From contig JAKFCY010000006.1 in assembly GCA_036676395.1 (NCBI GenBank), forward strand, positions 1 to 24,801: DNA of 24,801 bases, in the 5' to 3' direction. A program made the position numbers and the translations under genes. Position 1 is the first letter of the stretch, and each line of letters begins with the position of its first letter. The notes under the pieces are model-generated. The model was not told the origin of the DNA. It worked only from the letters and a program-made list of their open reading frames with translations, and did not search any database. The stretch comes from Bdellovibrio sp. (GTDB lineage Bacteria > Bdellovibrionota > Bdellovibrionia > Bdellovibrionales > Bdellovibrionaceae). Below are positions 8,232 to 16,948 of the stretch, one piece after another.

Positions 8232-9475
8232 TTCTTTTTACTTTTTTCAATTAACGTTGCAACTGAAGTAGAAACATATTTATCTAGCCCTACTTTTTTA
8301 ATGTCAGACTTGAAGGATAAGATATTCTCTGGAGTAATACCAGAATCACTGTATTTTGTAATTATTTTGTCAAGTTCTTCGTCTACCCATTCAGGCATAG
8401 TTGTTTCAATCCCTAACACTTCCCTAAGAATGTCATTAGCGCTTCCAGATTTTTCAATATTTTCAAGAAGAATTGAGTCTACTTTACCATTAGCATTGTA
8501 ATTCAAAACAAAAACATTTGAGTCAGGAACTGAACTTATAATAAATGGATTATGAGTCGCAATAATAAATTGTACGTTTGGAAATGCTTTTAAAAAGTTG
8601 GGCAGAAGAGATTTTTGCATCTCAGGATGCAAATGATTTTCAGGCTCGTCTAATGTTACAACATATTCTTTTTGAGGTTCCTCAAACATATAAAGTTGCC
8701 AAGCAAGGTCTATAATTGAAGCTATTCCTCCAGAAACTGCATCTAAAGAGAAGTCTCCTGATCGAGTTATTAAAACTACTTCAGGTATTCGAATTGCTAT
8801 TTTCTCAAATCCTAACTTTGGAGGAAGGATTATTTTTAAAATTTCTTCAAATCCTCTAAAAATATTAACTGCCTCGCTATTTCTAATTACTACTTCATTT
8901 CCAAAGCCAAATGTTGCAAGTGAAATTAAAGTTTCCTTAATATGGTAGTTCTCGAATTTACCCCCACCACTTTGATACCGATTTACTTTTGCTTGATTAT
9001 ATTGGTTGTAAGCTTGTTGCTTTGTTATTACTTGGGTTGAAATATTTGAAATAGGTTGATATTTATAAACAGGTCTATGAGAAGGAATATGGAGGCCTTT
9101 TACAGCCTGCTGACCAGTGTAATTCAGATTATATGTTGTTCCTACTACTGCCGGAACGGTCAATTTGCATACTTTATCACCAACGTATTCTATGCTGCCA
9201 ACTTCAATATGATTATTTGGAATTTTGTCAATGTCATTTGAGTTGTCAAAAAGGGTTTTCCACATATCAGAGAAGAATTTCAACCCACCAGTTTTTTCAT
9301 CTCTAGTTGGTGTTCCAACGATTTCAGAAGGCCAGCCAAAATGTCGATTAACAGTATTCAATATAGTTGTTTTGCCAGCACCATTCGCACCAGTAAGTAT
9401 TGTCAGCCTTTTGTGAAAATCAATTTGAATATTTTCAAATTGCCTCCAATTTTTTATTGTTACCGATTTGAACAT
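8228..9475 (-). CDS. ABC/AAA ATPase, PtuA-like
   Basis: Walker A GANGAGKTT, signature VSGG, Walker B/D-loop LDEPENHLHP, H-loop IATHNP; likely start MFKSVTIKNWRQF at 9475. Confidence 0.88.
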   Translation of the reverse strand: MFKSVTIKNWRQFENIQIDFHKRLTILTGANGAGKTTILNTVNRHFGWPSEIVGTPTRDEKTGGLKFFSDMWKTLFDNSNDIDKIPNNHIEVGSIEYVGDKVCKLTVPAVVGTTYNLNYTGQQAVKGLHIPSHRPVYKYQPISNISTQVITKQQAYNQYNQAKVNRYQSGGGKFENYHIKETLISLATFGFGNEVVIRNSEAVNIFRGFEEILKIILPPKLGFEKIAIRIPEVVLITRSGDFSLDAVSGGIASIIDLAWQLYMFEEPQKEYVVTLDEPENHLHPEMQKSLLPNFLKAFPNVQFIIATHNPFIISSVPDSNVFVLNYNANGKVDSILLENIEKSGSANDILREVLGIETTMPEWVDEELDKIITKYSDSGITPENILSFKSDIKKVGLDKYVSTSVATLIEKSKKK

Positions 9476-9551
9476 TAGTTGTGTTTTTTGTTTAAAGTTG
9501 GTTAATCCAATTTTGTTATAAAACAATTATTTATCCCTGAAGTATTTTTTG

Positions 9552-9959
9552 CTACTCTCCGTGCATAAGATAATTAATCCCATCAAGCAGTATTTTAACC
9601 CCGCCTTTAGAATTTATATGAAACATAAAATTTACAACGTCATCATATTTAATAGAAGAATTTTTGTCAAACCATACTTTGCCGATTGTTAGACTTGAAT
9701 TATTTGTCGTTATAGTGAACATTAAAGGAGACTTTGATTTACCTTCTACAATTCGAATATATTCAATTGGTTCTTTAAAGTTTTCAATAAATATTGGTTT
9801 AAGGAACATTGCCAAGTTATATGGGCTTTGTCCATATTCTGAAAATATTTGTTGCATATTGCCCTTGTTAATTTCAGTAGCTTGAAATTCCATTGAAATA
9901 ATTCCGTTTTCAAATTCAAGTTTTGAAATGCTTCTGATGAATAATCCTCTTGTTATCAT
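9552..9959 (-). CDS. Hypothetical protein
   Basis: 135-aa ORF, co-oriented and immediately upstream of the ATPase; no recognisable motif. Confidence 0.6.
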   Translation of the reverse strand: MITRGLFIRSISKLEFENGIISMEFQATEINKGNMQQIFSEYGQSPYNLAMFLKPIFIENFKEPIEYIRIVEGKSKSPLMFTITTNNSSLTIGKVWFDKNSSIKYDDVVNFMFHINSKGGVKILLDGINYLMHGE

Positions 9960-9974
9960 AGTTTGTCTTTTTAA

Positions 9975-10772
9975 AATTCTGACTAACGAACCTCAAAAGT
10001 CTTAAAAATTTCAGCTGTTTTGAGGCCCAGAGCGTCTTCGGTGAGACCGTCCCGTAAGTTACGGGATGCTTCTTTGTCCTTTTAACTAATCCCAGCTTTC
10101 TTTTCTGATCCGGAAAAAGTTATCCTTCGGGGTTGATATCGGCAAGAAAGGGATTTTTAGGAACAAAAAAATACCCTGTACAGGGTATTTTTAGGCGTAA
10201 TAACTGGAAAACTGAAGGTTTTTGAAGAGAGTGGCCGTTTGAATCCGAGCTGTGCTTTAACCCGCATTATGCATTAGCATTTCTATTGCGGGCTAAAATT
10301 GCTTTAAAATCAGACACTTCGCTGCTGTTTTCGACTTCACTATAGCGGTGCTATGCCTCAGTCTCCAAACAGCCTGATTTTCTTGCTATTTTAACCCTTC
10401 CCGATAAAAATCGGGACAGGCTATAACGAAGCCTAATGCAAAATCCGGGTTTAAGTTCCGGGAAATAAAAATCCTAAAAGAGAGGTTAATACTGATTCTT
10501 GGGACTTGCTATCTGCGGGATTGTAGGTCGAAAATGGGGTATAATTGCACTTTTCGATTTCAAGAAATCTCAGGGTTCATGGGGGCAACTTGCTCCGGAA
10601 TCTCCAGGACTTACTAATCAATTTTTTAAAGTCTTACCAACACAAAAAGAACCCAAAATCTTACCCAATCCCCATAAGCACCTCATCGTTCCGATGGTAA
10701 TCGGGAAGCGCTTTCATTGTTCCCGCCGCAGCGGGCAAGCTGTGCTACGAACGCAACGAAAACCTAGTTGTT
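9975..10772. repeat. Long non-coding repeat, copy A (longest)
   Basis: Shares sequence with 14289-14729 and 19176-19431; begins AATTCTGACTAAC and ends in the short attC-like half GAAAACCTAGTTGTT. Confidence 0.85.
10260..10450. mobile_element. MITE with ACCC-starting terminal inverted repeats (IS982-like ends) and a TTA duplication
   Basis: ACCCGCATTATGCATTAG ... CTAATGCAAAATCCGGGT; the empty site GCTTTAAGTTCCGGG is present in repeat copy B near 14406-14420. Confidence 0.82.
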
Positions 10773-10786
10773 AGCTGCTGATGCTA

Positions 10787-11407
10787 TCAAATCCATAGTG
10801 AAAAAACATAAAATAAAGTCGCAAGCCCAAAAAATAATGCTTGAAATCTTGGAAAACGCCAAGAAATAGTCCCAAGGGTAAAGGAAAATTCTCGCAATGA
10901 ATTGAATTTATTTAATGTGTGCTCGTTTGTTTTTACTTCCAAAGATTCTGTCTTTGTTAGCAAGTCAATTTCGATAAATATTACTTTGAAAATTGCATAA
11001 ATTCTTTTCCGTAAACTCGGGTAGGGGAATTCTGTCGCAGGCAAGACTGCTGCTTTAGGATTCTCGGGTGTTATTCTCTTTTCATTCTCTGTATAAAATC
11101 TCTGGCGAGTCAATGAAATATTTCTTGTGATTCTAAAGTCGTAAAGTCGAGTTACGAGTACTGTCATTCCATATATTATCGCAATTGTCAGAAATATTAG
11201 GGCAAAAAAATGTAAAGTCAAGGACCAATCAATTTTGCAAGAACATAAGCAAAATCTCATGTTAAAAAAAACATTCTTGTCAAAGCAAAATGCAAGCAGT
11301 CCAATTGAAATTGTCAGCATAAAATTGTTTGCTGCCGACAACTGGTTTATTGCTTGGTCTTGCCAGTGCCTATGCCTTTCGATATAATTGCTTTCTGTGT
11401 CCGTCAT
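10787..11407 (-). CDS. Membrane hypothetical protein (about 3 TM)
   Basis: Three hydrophobic segments; 4-nt overlap with the upstream gene. Confidence 0.75.
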   Translation of the reverse strand: MTDTESNYIERHRHWQDQAINQLSAANNFMLTISIGLLAFCFDKNVFFNMRFCLCSCKIDWSLTLHFFALIFLTIAIIYGMTVLVTRLYDFRITRNISLTRQRFYTENEKRITPENPKAAVLPATEFPYPSLRKRIYAIFKVIFIEIDLLTKTESLEVKTNEHTLNKFNSLREFSFTLGTISWRFPRFQALFFGLATLFYVFSLWI

Positions 11408-12042
11408 TGTTTTTTACACTTACTAAATTCAGTCTTCTTCCAAACTTCCCAACCCTTATTGTTGTCTGGGTTGAATGGAAGTGTCCTTGGATATTGATGA
11501 TGATAAAAAACAAGCATCTCATTTTTACTTTCATCCCAAGATAGTTCAAGTTTGCCATAATGTCCAATGAAACTGACTCCTTGAATGTAACGGTAATTTC
11601 CTTTGCCCGATTTTTTGTCTTTAGGATTGAATTCAACAAAACCAACCGCCTTACCGTTTTCGCTTTTCCAGTAATTAATGTTTAATAAAAATTCGTGTCC
11701 GCCCTGATAGGTTATAGATATTAAAAGTCCAATATTGTCTGCTCTCTGCGGTGCAAGATTGTCGTCAGAAGTATTGTCCTGGCCCATTTCAATTCTCTCG
11801 TAGCAACCGTGATAATTTGAATAATATTCAAATAGTCTGCTTTGTTCATGTTTTCTTTCAAGGTAAAGCACAAGGATAGTTGCAATAACTCCTCCGGCAA
11901 GTCCTGTTACTATTGAAAAAATGGTCGGATAAGCAATAGTTAAACAGTTCGCAAAGAGTTCTGCACTCGCTGAGGCGAATATTATTAGAATTGAAATAAT
12001 TAATCCAATTCTCTCCCATTTTTCTATCGTTGTCGGTCTCAT
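11404..12042 (-). CDS. 2TM plus beta-rich domain hypothetical protein
   Basis: Two N-terminal hydrophobic helices, then beta-strand-rich C-terminus. Confidence 0.75.
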   Translation of the reverse strand: MRPTTIEKWERIGLIISILIIFASASAELFANCLTIAYPTIFSIVTGLAGGVIATILVLYLERKHEQSRLFEYYSNYHGCYERIEMGQDNTSDDNLAPQRADNIGLLISITYQGGHEFLLNINYWKSENGKAVGFVEFNPKDKKSGKGNYRYIQGVSFIGHYGKLELSWDESKNEMLVFYHHQYPRTLPFNPDNNKGWEVWKKTEFSKCKKQ

Positions 12043-12049
12043 TGCATTT

Positions 12050-12180
12050 GCAGCTAACGTTTTGCAGCTACCCGAAGGTGGCGATTTCGGAGCGATTCAC
12101 TGTCAATATACCACAGACTTTTATAGTTGCACAAAGCTTCAATTAACCACTGAACTCGCTTTTTTGCCAAACGCCTGTGT
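12050..12180 (-). repeat. attC-like site (chimeric arms), split by a group II intron
   Basis: GCAGCTAAC-GTTTTGCAGCTACC...; the right part matches the site at 22850-22898; followed by an intron 5' end. Confidence 0.7.
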
Positions 12181-12746
12181 GTGTGCCTTGAATGGTGAAT
12201 ATAGGTCAATTAGTTGATCGTTCCAACGGGTAAAAGGCGAAGCATTCATGAACTGGATAATCTGGACTAAAGTGAGCCACCTATTGAATACAAATACTTC
12301 GTGAATAAAGTCCTTTAAGCACGGGGTAGTCCCGTAGTGACGGGACAGGCTGTCCCGAAGCCAAGCAAGAGGTGCCGATATCTATCGGAATGGTTTACTG
12401 CGAGAGGACCGAGCGTTAAGAAAATATCCTGTGGATATTTTTAGTGAGGGGCCAGGCTGCGGACCAGCCCCCTTTTCTGCCTACGACTATTACTTTATCA
12501 CGCCTGAGAAGAAAAGGGTATGAATCGATGCTATCCTACTACCTCAAAACGCAACCTACAATCCAGTGAACCGGATTGGTGGTCAAGATCATCGGATTCT
12601 ACACTTAGGATCAATTTAGCGAAGTGCCGGAACGTATCCCGAAAGCTTTCGGGAGTGGTCTGCCTTCGGCAGATAAATGTGAGACTGTGCGCGCCGTGGC
12701 GTAGGCGCACCTCGTCAGAGAAATCTGGCGAGGCCGTCTACTCGAT
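12181..12746 (+). mobile_element. Internally deleted group IIC-like intron, DV disrupted
   Basis: Near-copy of 3630-4075 at the 5' end, protein tail and DVI (..GGCCGTCTACTCGAT); DV replaced by palindrome-rich sequence after GAACCG. Confidence 0.85.
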
Positions 12747-12756
12747 TATGCATATT

Positions 12757-13386
12757 TTATTTATCTCTATCAACGATACCATTCTTCTTTTCTTCAGGTA
12801 ATGCATCATAAATACCACTAACCTTATTGGGCAGAGAAACCATATATTCAATTATAATATTTGTCAATTCGAAGAGCTTGTTTACAACATTTATATTGTC
12901 TGTATCTATTTGACCAGGATGAACTGCATCATTGCCTGTAACACGCACAATGTCTAAAGATTGTTGCACTATAGATGGTAGTCCTTTTTTTACAAGTTCT
13001 TTGATATCATGATTAATGTTATTACCATCTTCTCCTAATTCCTTGCACAGAAGTTGAACACCTAATCTCAACAGAGCCGCAGCTCCTCGAGGAGATTTTG
13101 TTGATATAGATGCGGCCTCATTGTATAATTTTTTTACAGATTCTGGCATGTCTGGATTTGGAAATGGAGCTTCACCCGTTTCTGGATAAAACATTTTGTC
13201 CAATATCCATAGGCTTTTGTCATGGCAATGGTCACAGGATCCAACGCGCACGGTGTTTTTCGGCGAATTACCGGCATAACGAGTGTTCAAATCCCAATCT
13301 GTTTGTACCCATCTTTGTTTAGAAAGAACACCACAGTTGGGGCATGTAAATGATTCTCCAAAGACAACGGGTTGAATATATTTCAT
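12757..13386 (-). CDS. DUF4145-like domain protein with N-terminal CxxC motifs
   Basis: CPNC/CDHC; LYNEA...SPRGAAALLRL; LDIVRVTGNDAVHPG (R-x3-N-x3-H). Confidence 0.82.
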   Translation of the reverse strand: MKYIQPVVFGESFTCPNCGVLSKQRWVQTDWDLNTRYAGNSPKNTVRVGSCDHCHDKSLWILDKMFYPETGEAPFPNPDMPESVKKLYNEAASISTKSPRGAAALLRLGVQLLCKELGEDGNNINHDIKELVKKGLPSIVQQSLDIVRVTGNDAVHPGQIDTDNINVVNKLFELTNIIIEYMVSLPNKVSGIYDALPEEKKNGIVDRDK

Positions 13387-13958
13387 GATTCTTTATTTAA
13401 TTTCTTATCTCTTTCTGCCTTATAGGAATTACGCACCTTTTCACATCTCCAAGCTAAATAATTTAGTCTCCATAATTCGTAGAATCTTGGAGTCCGACCA
13501 TTAAGATAGCATTTCCTGATGCAGTTATCTAATGAGTCACCGAGTTTACTTCCTTTATCAACTACCTTTTTGGCTATATCAGGAGATGAAAGGGTATACT
13601 GAGTGTAATCTGGTAGCCGAGTCAGAACTCTGATTGAATTGTCTAATCCCCACAATGCGTATCGTGTTTTTGGCCTTAAAGTCTTTAATTTGGATTTTGC
13701 TTGTTCAGCCTTTTCACTCCAATTTAATCTGCTTTCATCAGTTTTGTTCTTGAGTAAAATATTACTAATCGCTATTAATTGATGCACGGAATCTGCTATA
13801 TCATAAATAAAACTTTCAAGCGTTTTTCTGCGAGCAATTCGAATTTCTGATTTACGATTAAAGAAAAGTGTTAGAAAAAATGTAAATATTGAAATAACAG
13901 CAGCAATGCACGCTGCGATTAGTGTTGCCATACCTCTATCGAATGTTCCTATCTCCAT
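13383..13958 (-). CDS. Hypothetical protein with N-terminal TM helix
   Basis: ATLIAACIAAVISIFTFFLTLFF; 4-nt overlap with the DUF4145-like gene. Confidence 0.75.
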   Translation of the reverse strand: MEIGTFDRGMATLIAACIAAVISIFTFFLTLFFNRKSEIRIARRKTLESFIYDIADSVHQLIAISNILLKNKTDESRLNWSEKAEQAKSKLKTLRPKTRYALWGLDNSIRVLTRLPDYTQYTLSSPDIAKKVVDKGSKLGDSLDNCIRKCYLNGRTPRFYELWRLNYLAWRCEKVRNSYKAERDKKLNKES

Positions 13959-13968
13959 AGTTTCTTAT

Positions 13969-14006
13969 TATGCATAACTCATTTATATGTCGGGTTTTGT
14001 TTCCTT
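13969..14006 (-). other. Putative attI-like primary recombination site
   Basis: Cassette start GTTATGCATA (minus strand) about 28 nt after the integrase remnant stop, with no attC hairpin between them. Confidence 0.5.
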
Positions 14007-14162
14007 TTATTTCTCTAAGTCCAAATCGTCCAAAGGACTTCGAATCCCCTTTAATGCTTTCGTGCTTACATGTATATAGATTTCGGTAATCTTACTGCTT
14101 TTGTGACCTAATAGTTCTTGAATATAACGCAAATCTGTTCCCCTTTCCAAAAGATGAGTAGC
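14007..14162 (-). pseudogene. C-terminal remnant of a tyrosine recombinase (integron integrase-like)
   Basis: Manual translation [51 protein letters not shown]: box II LLGH and catalytic-position Tyr, plus an SPLD tail; in-frame stop immediately upstream. Confidence 0.88.
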
Positions 14163-14288
14163 TTACCTCTTCCGAAAACGAAATCTCCATTTGTCAGAAA
14201 AGGGAAAGAGGACCACGGGCGAGTAAGGAAGCAATCTCTTCATTTAGGAGATTGATTAGCCATAGGAATACCGGAGTAGTTTAGTTAC

Positions 14289-14729
14289 TATCGGCAAGAA
14301 AGGGGTTTTTAGAAACAAAAAAATACCCTGTATAGGGTATTTTTAGGCGTAATATCTGGAAAACTGAAGGTTTTTGAATAGAGTGGCCGTTTGAATCCGA
14401 GCTGTGCTTTAAGTTCCGGGAAGTGAAAATCCTAAAAGAGAGGTTAATACTGATTCTTGGGACTTGCTATCTGCGGGATTGTAGGTCGAAAATGGGCTAT
14501 AATTGCACATTTCGATTTCAAGAAATTCAGGGTTCAGGGGGGCAACTTGCTCCGGAATCTCCAGGACTTAATAATCAATTTTTCAAAGTCTTTCCAACAT
14601 AAAAAGAACCCAAAATCCGACCCCATCCCCATAAGTACCTCACCGTTCCGATGGTAATAGGGAAGCCCTTTCATTGTTCCCGCCGCAGCGGGCAAGCTGT
14701 GCTACGCACGCAACGAAAACCTAGTTGTT
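14289..14729. repeat. Long non-coding repeat, copy B
   Basis: Aligns to about 10137-10772 without the MITE. Confidence 0.85.
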
Positions 14730-14770
14730 GTGCGATCGCTTTCTTTCACTTCACTCTTTAGCTTCAATTA

Positions 14771-15211
14771 TTATTTTCTAATTACTTCTGATGACTGTCT
14801 GGCTGTCAATTGCCAACCATTTTCAGACCTAATCCATACATTGGTAAACCTTCTAGGTACCCATTCTTCTTGGTTCGTTGTCAAATTAGCAGGCTGTTGT
14901 AACTCTTTGCCCATTACAATAGCAACGTTTTGATTGAAAGTGATTTTTTCAATAATTCTTTCAACTTTGGGGAACTTATGCCCACTTTTCATCAGTGCAA
15001 CAATCTTTTCTGGAGTTACAATTTCTCCATTAGGATTGTTTACCACGTAGTCCTTCGACCATATTTTCAATAATGAAGTTGTGTCTCCATTATCAAGCAG
15101 TTCTGTCCAATGCTTTTCCAATCTTCTGATTTCTTGCTCATCATTCGATTGTCCAAAGGTAAGCGTAGTTACAAAAATGAAACTGATCAAGAAGAAATTA
15201 AAAGTTTTCAT
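14771..15211 (-). CDS. Secreted NTF2-like / DUF4440 family protein
   Basis: Signal peptide; EIRRLEKHW...D...L..IWSKDYVV.NP.G; RRFTNVWIR..NGWQL.ARQ. Confidence 0.85.
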   Translation of the reverse strand: MKTFNFFLISFIFVTTLTFGQSNDEQEIRRLEKHWTELLDNGDTTSLLKIWSKDYVVNNPNGEIVTPEKIVALMKSGHKFPKVERIIEKITFNQNVAIVMGKELQQPANLTTNQEEWVPRRFTNVWIRSENGWQLTARQSSEVIRK

Positions 15212-15270
15212 AAATCAATATTTTAGTTTATTGTAACAATTTATCACGCAAAGATTGACTTTGAAAGTGA

Positions 15271-15394
15271 CGCACAACGTTTAGCTATTTGCAGTGGGCT
15301 GGCTTTGAAAACGTATCTGTCCACCATGCCCAAAAGTAATAGCGAAGATAAAACTTTAAATTTACACTTCACCCAGCCATTGCAAATGTGCTGT
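15271..15394 (-). repeat. attC-like site, split by a group II intron
   Basis: CGCACAAC...ATTTGCAGTGGGCTGG ... CCAGCCATTGCAAAT-GTGCTGT|intron. Confidence 0.78.
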
Positions 15395-15957
15395 GTGTGC
15401 CCGGTATGGCACGGTAACGAAGTTACCACAAAATACCTAGAGGATGCAAGTTTCTTATGGGCAAGTTGGAGAAGCCCATTAGCAAACTCAAGCAGCTTAC
15501 CAAGAAGACTATCCGCCGCGGCGGATCGAAGAACTGCTCCGAAAGCTGGCAGAAGTATGGCGGGGATGGGTGAGCAATTACCGCCTAGCCAGTATCCATG
15601 CCAAACTAAAGGCCATCGATGAATGGTTGAGAAATGCGCAGCATTCATGAACACCATTAAAAATAAACTCATTGTGAATAAACCGGCTTCGCTACTGTAT
15701 TTGGTCCGCCGCGGCGGAGAAGAAACCTGAGCGAAAGCGCAAAAACCTGATCAGATTGGGAGTGGATCAAGACCATGCTTACGCATGGAAGGACTCAGCG
15801 TTAAGAAATGATCCCTTAGGATCATTTTAGCGAAGAGCCGGAACGTATCCCGAAAGCTTTCGGGAGTGGTCTGCCTTCGGCAGATAAATGTGAGACTGTG
15901 TGCGCCGTGGCGTATGCGCACCTCGTCAGAGAAATCTGGCGATGCCGTCTACTCGAT
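15395..15957 (+). mobile_element. Degenerate group IIC-like intron with fragmented maturase (domain X) remnant
   Basis: 5' GTGTGCCCGGTATGGC; KLAEVWRGWVSNYRLASIHAKLKAIDEWLRN (15543-15635), RLRYCIW (15684-15704), KKPERKRKNLIRLGVDQDHAYAW (15720-15788); DVI ends CTACTCGAT. Confidence 0.85.
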
Positions 15958-16197
15958 TATGCCTTCTTTGTTCTCTTTCGGTCGTGCTTTGTCCGTCCAT
16001 TGTTGCTGTGTCTGGGTGCTTGGTGGCTCTTTTGGATTTTTTTAGCATTGGTCGGTGCGTTGAAAAAAAATACAAAAATATGCCACCAAATGCGATGGGT
16101 TGTCCTGCTGTCATTGTGCAATTTGTGCTATTAATGTGCAATTGTTCCATTGTCTGCCGTTTTGGTTATGACGCAATTGACGCAATTATGACGCAAT

Positions 16198-16740
16198 TCA
16201 ATTTAGCGTATAAAATGCCCCTGCTCCCTTTTGTCCGCTTGGTTTTATTAGTTGTTTATCAATTAATTCTTTTAAGTCTCTTGTTGCTGTTTCTCTTGAA
16301 ACGTCATTTAATGTCTGATAGTCGCTGTTGGTGAGTTTTCCCTTCTCTTTTGCGAACAAAACAGCCTTTACTTGTCTGTCGTTTAGGTTAGGCGATTGCA
16401 GATATTTTTCATAGTAAATATCCTTTCTAAACTCTACAGAAATGTCGCTGGAATCGTAACTAAAAACAGGTTCGGGGATTCCCGCTTGTTTAAATTCTCG
16501 GATAATTTTTAATGTTCCTCGTCCCCAGGATTCAATGTAACCACTGCGAAACAAAGCATTTGCAATGTCGGGGTTATATGGTCGTGAGGCGTGTTTTTCC
16601 AATAGGTTTTTAACTGTCCAGTTTTCGGGCAATTGACCTTCGTTCCAAATAATAATTTTGTCGTTGTAAACGCTTATTTGAATAGGAACACCCCCCGAAT
16701 AATCTTTATGTGCAATGGCATTCAGCAAGGCTTCACGAAC
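16198..16740 (-). pseudogene. 5'-truncated ATP-binding regulator (RecG C-terminal/HATPase-like plus HTH)
   Basis: Starts mid-domain at VREALLNAIAHKDY; NP.IA...GYIESWGRG; C-terminal HTH SRETATRDL; abuts an intron remnant. Confidence 0.78.
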
Positions 16741-16741
16741 T

Positions 16742-16914
16742 CCAAACCTGTTCTATCACTTGGAGCTGGGATACAAATTAGCCTAACTTAATGAACTACT
16801 ATCTGACTGCATAATAAGAGCCGTATGAATCGAGAGGTTCACATCCTGTCCCGCTACTGCGGGGTAAGGTTCTGTGAGAGTTTTAGGGGTGGAATTCCCC
16901 TTTACCTTCTCGAT
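16742..16914 (+). mobile_element. Group II intron 3' remnant (AGC-triad lineage) with a protein tail
   Basis: PNLFYHLELGYKLA* (16742-16786), GAGCCGTATG DV at 16818, DVI ending CTCGAT; homologous to 2594-2702. Confidence 0.8.
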
Positions 16915-16948
16915 TGGCGGTTCGTTGTTTTATTATTTAAGCTATTAT

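Noticed and set aside
7587..9959. Retron system
   Set aside because: No RT gene nearby; the only RT-related sequences are decayed group II intron maturase fragments
10499..10774. Paralogous small ORFs MGLAICGIVGRKW (also 14457-14657)
   Set aside because: They lie within the long repeat, start at TTG, and the two copies shift frame relative to each other
15244..15672. ORFs over intron copies (15244-15672, 15305-15622, 3552-3815, 12520-12801, 22924-23175)
   Set aside because: They cross att or intron boundaries; the real coding remnant is in other frames and is fragmented
15898..16334. Plus-strand ORFs and short TGACGCAATT repeats near 16169-16198
   Set aside because: The ORFs span the intron end and are antisense to the pseudogene; the repeats are too few and short to assign a function
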